Shown: positions 47,084 through 57,081, counted from the first letter of the stretch. The stretch: 64,000 nt of DNA from Abditibacterium sp. (GCA_965199495.1 CBDASK010000003.1:1920001-1984000); one strand, 5' to 3'. Made by a program: numbers and translations. Notes: generated by a model from the sequence alone, not told the origin.

Positions 47084-48883
47084 TTATTTCCACGTCACGC
47101 CGACGCGCCATTGATCGTTGTCGGTGCCTTGGTGTTCCTGGCGCGCGTATTCCACGGCCAAACCCAAGCCGTTGCCGCCTGCCGCGCTGCCCGCGTTGAT
47201 GCGCGCGCCGAACTCTTTGTCGCCGGTGTTCCACGCGCCGCCTATCGGGCGAAACGGCGCTGACATCGGGTCGGCGAGCCATTGGCCGGGCAACGCCGCG
47301 CCGTCGCGAAAATTGAGATCGAGGCGCGCGGCGCGCGTGAACTGCAATTGCGCCTCGACATGGCGCGCGACGCTGCCCTGATCGGCCCACGAAGCGTCGT
47401 TGCCGTGCGCCAAATCCACGATGGTGTTGACCTTCATACCAAAAAACAGCGGGCGTTGCGCCTGCAAACGCAGCGTTTGCAGACTTTGCCAGTTCGCCAG
47501 ACTTTCGTCGTCGCTGGAGCGCGTCGCGTATTTGGCGAGTAAGGTTCCGGCTTTGTCTTTGTGGCTCAACTGAAAGCCGATGCGGTTTTCTTCGCTCTGG
47601 TTGAACGGTGTCCAAGGCGCCGTGGCTGCTGTTGTATCCGCCGTCGCATCGTCGCGCCAGCCCAAGGTTTGCGAGGTGCCAACCGTGGCCGAAAACGCCA
47701 ACTCTTTGTTCAAATTCCATTCGACGCCGACATCGCCGCCCTGATTTTGCGTTTCTTCGGTGCGCATTGCGTTCTCGGCGGCGCCCGCCTGTAAAGATGC
47801 GGCGAAATCGTCGCCCGCGCGCACGATTTGCGCGGCACCGACCGCTCCGTTGGCTTTGAACGACAGATTGGGCGTGACCTTCAATTTCAAATCGGCGACG
47901 GCGTTGGCGTCGCGATTTTCCAAGGTGTCGCCGGTTTTGGCGGCGCCCAGATTGCGCCGTTCGCGTTGAGTCGCCGCCAGTTTGATGTTTCCCGTCAGCG
48001 CGTCGGTTTTGATTTCCTGCGTCAGGCGAGCGTTGCCCGCCGTGCCACCGTTAGCATCGGAACTGCCCAGCGTGCTATAACCGGCGGCGGTGTCGCTCCA
48101 CTCGACCGCAACGTCGGCTTTGCCAAGGGGATGTTTAATCGGGCCACCTAATTTGGCGCTCCAACTCGATTTGTCGTCTTTGGCGTCTTGCAGCGAAGCG
48201 AGCGCATAATTGCCGTTGAATTTCCACTTCATCGGCAAGTTCAGCCCGCCGCCCGCGCCCATGAAGGTGCCTTCGCGCATTTTAACGGCGTCGCCCGCAG
48301 CCACGTCGCGCTGCGCCCGCGAAACGTTGAGTTCCAAATTGCCGTCTTTGCCCGCAAACGGTTTGGCGCGCAGCCACGTCACGTTTTGCGCATCGGCGAC
48401 GCCCGATTTTTTGCCGGTCAGCGCGCGATCAAAGTCAGCCAGCGATTCGTCCAACTGGCGCGGGCGCAATGTCGAACCGATTTCGAGCATGCCCAACTGC
48501 GCGCTCACGCCCGCGTTGGCATTAATGCCCGCCAGAGTCGGCGGCGCGACGCGGCCCAGACTGAACTTGGCTTTGCTGCCCAGAACTTCGCCGCTCATCA
48601 AATCGCGGCTGGCGAATTTGCCGCGCCCATCGAAGGTGTCGCGCCATTCGCGCAGTCCGGCGACGAGCGAAAACTGCTGCGTCGCGGCGTCGGTGAACTG
48701 GCTTTGTTGCGCGGGCTGCAACTCTTTTTTGACCGCGCCCAGTTGCGCGTTTTGCCACAATTCGCCCTGCGCTTCGGGCGCCGACGGCAACAGATTATCG
48801 GCTTTGGGCGCATCGGCGGCGCGCGCAACGCCACAGAATAAGGGCGCTAAAGCGATGGCGGCGGTGAATGAGTTGAATCGCAT
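47084..48883 (-). CDS. Secreted hypothetical protein, possible outer-membrane beta-barrel
   Basis: Signal peptide; many alternating amphipathic strands; C-terminus WRVGVTWK. Confidence 0.55.
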   Translation of the reverse strand: MRFNSFTAAIALAPLFCGVARAADAPKADNLLPSAPEAQGELWQNAQLGAVKKELQPAQQSQFTDAATQQFSLVAGLREWRDTFDGRGKFASRDLMSGEVLGSKAKFSLGRVAPPTLAGINANAGVSAQLGMLEIGSTLRPRQLDESLADFDRALTGKKSGVADAQNVTWLRAKPFAGKDGNLELNVSRAQRDVAAGDAVKMREGTFMGAGGGLNLPMKWKFNGNYALASLQDAKDDKSSWSAKLGGPIKHPLGKADVAVEWSDTAAGYSTLGSSDANGGTAGNARLTQEIKTDALTGNIKLAATQRERRNLGAAKTGDTLENRDANAVADLKLKVTPNLSFKANGAVGAAQIVRAGDDFAASLQAGAAENAMRTEETQNQGGDVGVEWNLNKELAFSATVGTSQTLGWRDDATADTTAATAPWTPFNQSEENRIGFQLSHKDKAGTLLAKYATRSSDDESLANWQSLQTLRLQAQRPLFFGMKVNTIVDLAHGNDASWADQGSVARHVEAQLQFTRAARLDLNFRDGAALPGQWLADPMSAPFRPIGGAWNTGDKEFGARINAGSAAGGNGLGLAVEYARQEHQGTDNDQWRVGVTWK

Positions 48884-48931
48884 GATATAAGAGGCGGCCA
48901 GAAGCGCGGTTTCGGGTCTAAGATGCTTTTT

Positions 48932-49026
48932 GTAGAGACACCGACTTGTCGTGTCTAAAACGTTAGATCTGCCGCGAATTTAGTGGGTTCATTGACGTTT
49001 TAGACACGACAAGTCGGTGTCTCTAC
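48932..49026. repeat. REPIN variant (GTAGAGACACCGACTTGTCGTGTCT)
   Basis: Perfect 32-bp arms; compensatory variant of the 21222/45059 family. Confidence 0.85.
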
Positions 49027-49125
49027 GAAAGGCATCGCGAAATATTCCCCAGTATTTTGCCCTCTTAGAGACACCATCTTAACCAAAGTCGCGCTCCGTC
49101 CCATTAGACTTGCTTGGAACAGCAA

Positions 49126-51615
49126 ATGCCCACTCCCGCCAAACCTTCGTCCAAACCACGCGCTCCGCGCTCCACAACTCGCGCGCGCGCCGCCGCAAAA
49201 ACGCCACGCGCGGTTAAACCAATCGCTGATCTCGACCAGCCGCAATGGTATTTTAACCGCGAATTGTCGTGGCTCGAATTCAATCATCGCGTTTTGGAAG
49301 AGGCGATTGACCCAACTAATCCCGCGCTCGAACGCCTCAAGTTTCTGGCGATTTTCAGCTCGAATTTGGACGAATTTTTCGAGATTCGCGTCGCCGGTTT
49401 GCAGCAACAAGCCGAATCGCGCCCTTACGATGCTGGGCCGGACGGCTTGACGGCGGCGCAAACCATCGAGGGCATCGCCGCGCGCGTGCGCCGTTTGGTT
49501 TCGGATCAATACAAATGCTACAACGACGGCGTCGTGCCCGCGCTGGCCGCCGCCGGTTTGGATTTGTCTACCGTTGACGATTTGGACGCGCGCGGGCGCA
49601 AATGGGCGTTGGAATATTTCGAGCGCGAAGTCTTTCCGGTTCTCACGCCGCTCGCGGTTGACCCGGCGCATCCGTTTCCACAACTCGCCAATAAGTCGCT
49701 GAATTTGGTGGTCGAACTGCGCGTGGCTGACCGGCCCGGCCAGATTGACGGACTTTTGCGCGACGAACATCATAGCGAATTTCGGCTGGGCGTCGTGCAA
49801 GTCCCGCGCATTTTGCCGCGCCTCATCGAAGTGCCCGCGACTCACGCGCCGCCGGGTCGCAAGATTTATCTGTTTCTGTCGAGTTTGATTTCGGCGTATA
49901 TCGGCAATTTGTTTCCCGGCCTCGAAGTGCGCGGCTGCTACGCGTTTCGCGTGACGCGCAACTCCGAGTTGTATCTGGACGAGGACGAAGCCGACAATTT
50001 GCTCGAAGCGATGCAGGAACAGTTGGCGCGCCGTCGCAAGGGCGACGCCGTGAGATTGGAAGTGCAGCGCGGCGCCAACCCCGCCGTTGTCGAGCATTTA
50101 TTGGATACGTTTCATCTCGACCGCGACGATTTATATGAAGTGGACGGCCCAATCAATCTGACGCGCTTGATGGCGATTTACGGAAGCGAAAACCGGCCCG
50201 ATTTGAAAGACCCGTCGTTTGCCCCAGCCACGCCGTCCGTGTTGCGCGGCGCCGATACGCCCGACGCTTATTTCGGCGTCATCGCGCGCGACGATATTTT
50301 GCTGCATCATCCCTACGATTCGTTTCGGCCCGTGACGCGATTCATCGAATACGCCGCGCGCGATCCGCACACTTTGGCGATAAAAGTCACGCTCTATCGC
50401 ACCTCGAAAGATTCGCCGATTGTGCGCGCGCTGATGCAGGCCGCGCAAAGCGGCAAGCAGGTCACGGCCTTGGTCGAACTCAAAGCGCGCTTCGATGAAG
50501 AGAACAACATTCACTGGGCGCAGGCGATGGAAGACGCGGGCGTTCACGTCGTTTACGGTTTGGTCGGCCTGAAAACGCACTCCAAACTGGCTTTGGTGGT
50601 GCGGCGCGAAAACGATCAGATTCGACGCTATGTGCATCTGGGAACCGGCAATTATAACGAAGTGACGGCGCGCATTTATACCGATATTGGAATGCTGACC
50701 GCCGATGCGCAAATCGGCGAAGACGCCGCCAAAATCTTCAATTTGCTGACCGGCATGAGCCAGTTTCCCGGCCTCGACAAACTGATGATGGCGCCGTTCG
50801 ATTTGGACAAAGAGTTCATCGCGCGCATCGAACGCGAGGCGAATAACGCGCGCAAATCGGTGCGCTCGAAGACGCAAAAAATTCCGTCGCGCATCATCAT
50901 CAAGATGAACTCGTTAGTTGATCCGGGCGCGATTAAAGCGTTGTATCGCGCCAGTCAGGCGGGCGTGCAGATTGATCTAATTATTCGCGGCATTTGCTGT
51001 TTGCGCCCCGGCGTGGCTGGTCTGAGCGAGAACATTCGCGTGCGCTCGATTATTGGCAGATTCTTGGAACATTCTCGGATATTTTATTTCGAGAACGGCG
51101 GGCAACCGGAGATTTTCTGTGGCAGCGCCGACTGGATGCCGCGCAATTTTTTCCGGCGCATCGAAGTGATTTATCCCGTCAATAGCGCCGCGCCGCGCGC
51201 GCGCATTCAGATGATCTTGGCCGAGGCGCTGGCGGATAACGTCAAGGCGCGCGAAGTGCTGCCCGATGGTTCGAGCCGCCATATCGTGCGCGAGGCGGAC
51301 ACCGAGAAACACGATTTTCAAGGCGATTCGCTCAAACGGGCGAGCGAGCGGCGCGCCCAATCGGATGCGCAGGACGCGCGCGCGTCCGTGCAGCCACCGG
51401 GGCTGGCTCCGCTCAAACTGCAAACCAAACCGTGGGGCAATCGCGCGGTTCCGGTCGGCATTTCGCCCGTTGACGGCTTGCCGGGCACGGGCGACGATCC
51501 GGTTTTGCAGTCGCTGCAACAATCGCTGCGCGAAAGCAGCACGGCGCGCAAGGAAGAAAAAAATGCCGAAGAGTTCGCCGATGCGATTGAGGCGAGCGAA
51601 AGCGAAACGAGCTAA
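49126..51615 (+). CDS. ppk1: Polyphosphate kinase 1
   Basis: FNRELSWLEFN, SNLDEFFEIRVAGL, LHHPYDSF, ELKARFDEENN, KTHSK, GRFLEHSR, SADWMPRN. Confidence 0.97.
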   Translation: MPTPAKPSSKPRAPRSTTRARAAAKTPRAVKPIADLDQPQWYFNRELSWLEFNHRVLEEAIDPTNPALERLKFLAIFSSNLDEFFEIRVAGLQQQAESRPYDAGPDGLTAAQTIEGIAARVRRLVSDQYKCYNDGVVPALAAAGLDLSTVDDLDARGRKWALEYFEREVFPVLTPLAVDPAHPFPQLANKSLNLVVELRVADRPGQIDGLLRDEHHSEFRLGVVQVPRILPRLIEVPATHAPPGRKIYLFLSSLISAYIGNLFPGLEVRGCYAFRVTRNSELYLDEDEADNLLEAMQEQLARRRKGDAVRLEVQRGANPAVVEHLLDTFHLDRDDLYEVDGPINLTRLMAIYGSENRPDLKDPSFAPATPSVLRGADTPDAYFGVIARDDILLHHPYDSFRPVTRFIEYAARDPHTLAIKVTLYRTSKDSPIVRALMQAAQSGKQVTALVELKARFDEENNIHWAQAMEDAGVHVVYGLVGLKTHSKLALVVRRENDQIRRYVHLGTGNYNEVTARIYTDIGMLTADAQIGEDAAKIFNLLTGMSQFPGLDKLMMAPFDLDKEFIARIEREANNARKSVRSKTQKIPSRIIIKMNSLVDPGAIKALYRASQAGVQIDLIIRGICCLRPGVAGLSENIRVRSIIGRFLEHSRIFYFENGGQPEIFCGSADWMPRNFFRRIEVIYPVNSAAPRARIQMILAEALADNVKAREVLPDGSSRHIVREADTEKHDFQGDSLKRASERRAQSDAQDARASVQPPGLAPLKLQTKPWGNRAVPVGISPVDGLPGTGDDPVLQSLQQSLRESSTARKEEKNAEEFADAIEASESETS

Positions 51616-51651
51616 TTTCGTGTGCAAGTTCCTTTCGCGCGTAATATCGCC

Positions 51652-51786
51652 CACATTGTCATTCTGAGCGTAGAGAGGAACGAAGTCGAAGAATCCATGA
51701 CGTAACGGATTCGACAAAAGTTGAATTCACGCGTAACCGATGGATTCTTCGACTTCGTTCCTCTCTACGCTCAGAATGACAATGTG
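51652..51786. repeat. Long palindrome of the GTCATTCTGAGCG...GAAGAATCC family
   Basis: Perfect 47-bp arms; related to 9617-9799. Confidence 0.85.
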
Positions 51787-51912
51787 AAAGCTAAAACAAC
51801 TCGCACACCGCGTTAGTTAATTTCGCTTTAATGCGATAGAAAATCACCACGATTCACCGCGCGCAAAACGGGTAAAATCTTTCTCGAATCCCAACAAATT
51901 CCAACCAATATA

Positions 51913-52947
51913 ATGAACAAACGTTATTTGATCGTAGATGTCGGCGGCACCAAAATTTTGGCGGCAATTTTAAACGGCGAGGGCGAAATTCTCGCGCGCC
52001 GCAAGCTCAAAACCGACCGCGCCGACAAAGCAACTCTGCTCGCCCAGATTGATGAAGCGATGAACGGCGCGCTCGACGACGCTGGACTCGCGCGCACCGA
52101 CATCGGCGGCGTGGCTCTGGGCGTGCCCGGCGTCGTCAACAGCAAAACCGGTTATGTCGTTGTCACACCCAACACGCCGCTCACCCAAACGCCTTTGGGC
52201 GAGCAGTTGCGCAAAAAATGGGATTGCCCGGTTATCGTGGGCAACGATGTCCGGCTCGGCATGGCGGGCGAGTTTTGGCGCGGCGCCGCGCGCGAGGCCA
52301 GTAGCGCGTTCGGCATTTTCGTCGGGACGGGCATTGGCGGCGGATTGATTCTGGACGGCAAAATCATCGAGGGTTTTCGCAGTTTGTGCGGCGAAATCGG
52401 CCACCTGATGATTCCGCTCGATGCCGACGAACAGTTGGGCATGACGACCAAAAAGCATCTGTTTCTGGAAGATTTGTGTTCGCGCACCGCCATCGAAAAC
52501 CAGTTGCGTCACGCGATTAACGAAGAAGGCAAAAAATCGATTTTAACTCAAATTGTCAGCGACAAAAAACTGACGCGCATCCGTTCGGGCGCGCTCAAAG
52601 AGGCGCTCAAAAAAGAAGACGAATTGGTCACCGACGTGGTGAAGCGCGCCAGTTACTTGCTGGGGTTTGCCAGCGCCAGCGTGTTGCACGTCGTTGACCC
52701 CGAAGTCATCGTTTTTGGCGGCGGCGTCATCGAGGCGTGCGGCAAATGGATGATGCCGTGGATTTCTAAAACCGTCGAACGCGTCGCGATGCAGGGCACG
52801 GGCGAACCGCCCAAAATCGTGCAATCCAAATTGGGCGACGACGCGATTCTCATCGGCGGTTTGGCGTTGCTGAAAGATCGGGAAGCTGCTGGAACGGCGA
52901 GCCGTGACGAGATTTTCGCGTCGGTGGATAAGCCAGTGCGCGGTTGA
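51913..52947 (+). CDS. ROK-family sugar kinase
   Basis: VDVGGTK, GVPG, GNDV, GTGIGGG, GEIGH. Confidence 0.9.
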   Translation: MNKRYLIVDVGGTKILAAILNGEGEILARRKLKTDRADKATLLAQIDEAMNGALDDAGLARTDIGGVALGVPGVVNSKTGYVVVTPNTPLTQTPLGEQLRKKWDCPVIVGNDVRLGMAGEFWRGAAREASSAFGIFVGTGIGGGLILDGKIIEGFRSLCGEIGHLMIPLDADEQLGMTTKKHLFLEDLCSRTAIENQLRHAINEEGKKSILTQIVSDKKLTRIRSGALKEALKKEDELVTDVVKRASYLLGFASASVLHVVDPEVIVFGGGVIEACGKWMMPWISKTVERVAMQGTGEPPKIVQSKLGDDAILIGGLALLKDREAAGTASRDEIFASVDKPVRG

Positions 52948-52951
52948 AAGC

Positions 52952-53311
52952 ATGCTGTATCTGGACTTAAAAGACGTTATTTACCAATCGAAAGGAGCTT
53001 TGATGTGGAACGTTCCTGTGTGGTGGCTTCCTTTCATGATACCGAAAAGTGCGTCTTACGGTGCCGCTGAAATTTTATTTAATTCGGAGGCCATTCGTCT
53101 GCAAGTCATGGGAATCAACAAGTTTGAATTCGAGCGATCTGAAATAGAAATTCAAACGGACATTTTTCGTCTGACAGTCGGATATGGATTCCAAATTCTA
53201 CATCAACAAGAGAATATTCCTCTGGGAATAACTTTTGGTTTCGCGCTGAGCCAAGAACGCCGCGATGCTTGTGCAGCCAAGCTCAAAGAAACCGGTTTTG
53301 TCGTCTCGTAA
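52952..53311 (+). CDS. Hypothetical protein
   Basis: 119 aa ORF starting 5 nt after the ROK stop; lower GC. Confidence 0.55.
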   Translation: MLYLDLKDVIYQSKGALMWNVPVWWLPFMIPKSASYGAAEILFNSEAIRLQVMGINKFEFERSEIEIQTDIFRLTVGYGFQILHQQENIPLGITFGFALSQERRDACAAKLKETGFVVS

Positions 53312-53359
53312 CGAAGATTTCGAGTTGGCCGATATAGCCTCTCACCTGTTAAAACAGCC

Positions 53360-53437
53360 AGCGCGCAAAAGAAAAGCGCCAATGCGACGTGGCTGCACTC
53401 GAACGTTGCGCCACTCGGCCAAGTTTTGTCGTTGAAA
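53360..53437 (-). pseudogene. Diverged copy of the 3' end of the gene at 53930-55319
   Basis: Gap-free alignment with 53976-54053: FNDKTWPSGATFECSHVALALFFCAL vs FGDEDWPRGAWFEIGHVALTLLFCAL. Confidence 0.75.
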
Positions 53438-53510
53438 GGACACCGTAAAACTTTAGAATTCGCCAGCCTCCCCAATTTTCGCAGGCGCGTTGATATGGTA
53501 AAATAATTTC

Positions 53511-53927
53511 ATGTCGAGTTCGCTCATTTGGTTTTTAGTCATCGCCATCTGTTTGGTTACCGGCGCTCTGGCCGCTCGTAAAGGCTACAGTTTTTGGCTA
53601 TGGCTTTTCGCGGGCGGCATTATTGGGCTGGTCATTCTGGCATTTTTGCCGTTCGTCAACAAGGGCGACTTTTCGGAAATCGAACGCAGAGAGCGCACCA
53701 AAACCGGCAATATCGTCGGCGGCGTTTTTACCGCGATTGCTCTGGTGCAACTGGTGCCACGTTTGTTGGCGTTAGTTATTGTTGCCTCGACGCCAAAGAT
53801 GTCGGGCGTTTCCATTGACGGACGCCAACTCACGCAGACCGAGTGGGACGCTTGCGGGCACGATATGGTGAAATGTCTGCAAATTGAAACCAATACGCAT
53901 CCCGAACGCTTTCGTTCTTCGCGCTAA
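53511..53927 (+). CDS. Hypothetical membrane protein
   Basis: 138 aa; LAARKGYSFWLWLFAG..GLVILAFLP; extended -10 TGGTAAAAT 6 nt upstream of ATG. Confidence 0.65.
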   Translation: MSSSLIWFLVIAICLVTGALAARKGYSFWLWLFAGGIIGLVILAFLPFVNKGDFSEIERRERTKTGNIVGGVFTAIALVQLVPRLLALVIVASTPKMSGVSIDGRQLTQTEWDACGHDMVKCLQIETNTHPERFRSSR

Positions 53928-53929
53928 AT

Positions 53930-55319
53930 TCACAGCCACGCCCTAAGCGGCACGACGCCGCCGAACAAAATTGCGAGCGCGCAAAACAAAAGCGTCAGCG
54001 CGACGTGGCCGATCTCGAACCACGCGCCGCGCGGCCAATCTTCGTCGCCGAAATAGAAGAAATCTGTGAGCAGACGCGCCGTCCAAAACGCGCCGTTAAA
54101 CAGCGAAACCGCGACGGAGGCGCGGTCGCCGCGCAGATATTCGTCGTGCAAAACCAGAGCGATGATGCCAAATGAAATGATCGTGCCGACGATAAAGCCG
54201 CCATAAGTCCAGAATACTTTGCGATTGAAACGACTAAGCGTTTTGAAGTCTTCACGCCAGTTCAACTGTTTGGGCACCTGAAACGACGCACACAAAATCA
54301 AGAAATGCCCCGCCGCGCCCAACCACAACGCGAGCGAAAAATACCAATCGAAGGTTTGACGATGTAGAATTTCGTCCAGAAATTCGACGAGCGGCCAAAT
54401 TAATGGCGCGCGAAATGGCGCGTGAAACAAAAGCGGCAACGGCAAAAATATCGCCAGCCACGCGCCGATGCGTTTGAGTGCAACGGGTAAATGCGGCTCA
54501 ATGAACGCGACGAGAACGCCCTGAATTAGAAAATACAATACGGCCCACCCCAAACCGACAACGCCGGATAGGAAATGCCCAATTCGTGCAAAATTCCCGA
54601 CACGACGAACACGCTGAGCAAAGCGCCGCGCGCGCCCAATCGTTTGCGGAGCGGGCGCAGAAACAGCAGCCGATCCATTTCGACAAACGGCAAATTCCAG
54701 CGCCGCGACCAAAAGTCGGCGAGCGATTCGGCGCGTTCGGGCGCGCGAAATAGCGGCCCGACGGCGAAACCGAGTTGACGAATCGCCCAAGGCAACATCG
54801 CGCCCAAACCAAAATGAACGATGAAGAGCAACGCCGCCAACGTCAGCCACGTCGCGGCGTCGAAAGTTAATTTGGGCAGATTCCACGCGACGGCGACCAG
54901 TAACGCCGCACCCGCCACAAAACATCCGGCGCCGCGAAACAGGCCGTGTTGCTTTGCGCGGTCGTCTTCGTTGTAGCCGATGCGCGGCGTTCGTTTGGCG
55001 AAACGCGCGCAGTTCGACGCCGGGCCAAATCGTGAAGTAAAGCAGCAAACCCAAACGTGAAAACGCGCGAATGGCGTCGCGCGAACGCTTGAGCGCGACC
55101 GCGCACTTGATGAGACCGAGTAAAACCGCCGTGGAAAATATCAGGCGCGCGAGCGGCGAAAATTGCGCGCCGATGATTAAAACAAACGCGACCCAACCGA
55201 GCCGGTAGCGCCCAAACCGCGATTTGGCGCGCGCGAGTTTGCAAGCGCCACACGGCCCAAAATGCGAGCGAGTAGATGATGACAATGAAAGCGAGACAAG
55301 TTAAAATTGACGTTGGCAC
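53930..55319 (-). pseudogene. MBOAT-like (wax synthase-type) acyltransferase fused to a second membrane domain, with about 3 frameshifts
   Basis: Coding signal switches frame near 55205, 54930-54980 and 54545; SLADFWSRRWNLPF and SGILHE motifs lie in the 54526-54918 frame. Confidence 0.75.
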
Positions 55320-55372
55320 AGTAGAAATTTCAGAGGATTCTGCAAATTGTTGATGCTATTTTTCTTATTTTT

Positions 55373-55672
55373 ATGCATATTTCAGATTGGACGTGGGTTG
55401 GTTTTAGCGCAATATATTTTGCCCTTAATCTGGCCGCATGGCGCATTTTCGATCCTAAATCTTCATTCTATGCGGCAAGCAAGAATACAACTATTTCAAT
55501 TGCTACCTCACTGCTTCAAATTGCAATGTTTTTGATCTTCTTCTTAAATTTGATGGATGTGGTAATCATTCCTACCATGCCAGCAATGGGGCTGACCGTC
55601 TTCATTATGTATACGTCTTCTGCGTGGAGACACTATTTAAACCGCATTAAAACTCCTGAGTCAAATTCGTGA
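55373..55672 (+). CDS. Small AT-rich hypothetical membrane protein
   Basis: 99 aa, three hydrophobic segments, much lower GC than neighbours. Confidence 0.5.
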   Translation: MHISDWTWVGFSAIYFALNLAAWRIFDPKSSFYAASKNTTISIATSLLQIAMFLIFFLNLMDVVIIPTMPAMGLTVFIMYTSSAWRHYLNRIKTPESNS

Positions 55673-55753
55673 ATCCCAATTTTTCAATCCACCAAATCAT
55701 CCGGCGCGAGCGGCACAGCTGTTGGCGGACGCAGAATTAATCTCTCTAAAAAC

Positions 55754-55787
55754 GAAAAACCCGCCTCGTTTTTGGGGCGGGTTTTTC
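55754..55787. terminator. Terminator-like hairpin
   Basis: GAAAAACCCGCCTC-GTTTT-GGGGCGGGTTTTTC. Confidence 0.65.
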
Positions 55788-55909
55788 TGGCATCGAGAGG
55801 GGCGATCAACTCCACGCGGTAAAGCGCATATTCACAACACGATGTTGAGGGATAGTTTACCGGCAATCGCCGCAGACGCAACGCTTTATACTCTGCGCAA
55901 CATCTACTT

Positions 55910-56905
55910 ATGCCCGAACTTTATATCCGTCAGGAAGTTTTGCCCAACCTCGCCAAAATTGACGCCATTCTCTTCGATATTGACGGCGTTTTACTGGACG
56001 TTTCCGCCTCGTTTCGCGCGGCGACGATTGAAACGATTCAATATTTCGCCGTTCACGAACTGGGCTTGGAAGATACCGGCAAAATTTTGGAAGTCGAAGA
56101 TGTCGAAGCGTTTAAGTTCGCCGGTGGCTTCAACGACGACTGGGATTTGACCTGCGCCGCCGCCGCTCTGGTTGTCGGCAAATGGGCGCAATCGAACGCT
56201 AAGGATACCGCCAGTTTGCGCAGCGTTGGCACGACGTGGAAAGAATTCACCGACGCGCTCAAACGTAAAGGCGGCGGCATTGTTGAGGCCGAGAATTTCG
56301 TGTTGGAAATGCTCAACCCGACGCAACGCCGCGAATTCGCGCGCAATTGGAACACGCGTTTGCTGACGCGTTTATTCCAAGAATTTTACGCGGGCGACGA
56401 CGCTTGCAAAAAGCTCTACGGCTTCGAGCCGGAGACTATCCACGGCCACGGTTATTACACGCGCGAAACGCCGTTGATTGACCCGGTTTTGACGCCGCCC
56501 AATCTGAAGTTGGGGGTCGTGACCGGGCGCCATCCCGCCGAAGCCGAGTTGGGTTTGCGGCACGCCAAAATGTTCAATCGGATTAAACCGGCGGGTTGGA
56601 TTACGCCCGAAAGCGGCGCCAAAAAACCCGATGGCCGCACGCTAATGATGGCGCGCGATGCTTTGGATTTCGGTTTCGGTTTGTTCATCGGCGACATTAT
56701 GGACGATTTGAACACGGTGCATAATTATCGCAAACTCAAGGGCGCGGGCAAGGCGCGCATTCTGTCGGCGATTTGTTTGACCGGGCCGGGCGGCGAAACC
56801 AAACGCCGCGAGTTTTTGGAAGCGGGCGCCGATATTGTCGCGCCCGACGTGAATATGTTGCTGGAATTTTTGGGCAACGTAAAGAAAGAAAGTAAAAGTA
56901 AATGA
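55910..56905 (+). CDS. HAD-superfamily hydrolase (TIGR01548-like)
   Basis: FDIDGVLLDV, GGFNDDWD, VVTGR, KKPD, IGDIMDD. Confidence 0.82.
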   Translation: MPELYIRQEVLPNLAKIDAILFDIDGVLLDVSASFRAATIETIQYFAVHELGLEDTGKILEVEDVEAFKFAGGFNDDWDLTCAAAALVVGKWAQSNAKDTASLRSVGTTWKEFTDALKRKGGGIVEAENFVLEMLNPTQRREFARNWNTRLLTRLFQEFYAGDDACKKLYGFEPETIHGHGYYTRETPLIDPVLTPPNLKLGVVTGRHPAEAELGLRHAKMFNRIKPAGWITPESGAKKPDGRTLMMARDALDFGFGLFIGDIMDDLNTVHNYRKLKGAGKARILSAICLTGPGGETKRREFLEAGADIVAPDVNMLLEFLGNVKKESKSK

Positions 56906-56931
56906 AAACTTGATACGTTTTTATTTTTGAA

Positions 56932-57044
56932 CACAAAGAGGGAACGAAGTGAGCGAAGTAGAGGCGTAGTTTATAAAATTAAAACCAATAATTTAAAAGT
57001 CTTAAATCACGCCTCTACTTCGCTCACTTCGTTCCCTCTTTGTG
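56932..57044. repeat. Long palindrome with an AT-rich spacer
   Basis: Perfect 36-bp arms CACAAAGAGGGAACGAAGTGAGCGAAGTAGAGGCGT. Confidence 0.8.
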
Positions 57045-57081
57045 GTTTTTAAAAACATTGGTTAAATCTCTTCCCAACATC

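Noticed and set aside
55684..55745. Possible gene-end remnant LILRPPTAVPLAPDDLVD* on the minus strand
   Set aside because: Too short, and no parent gene found in the window
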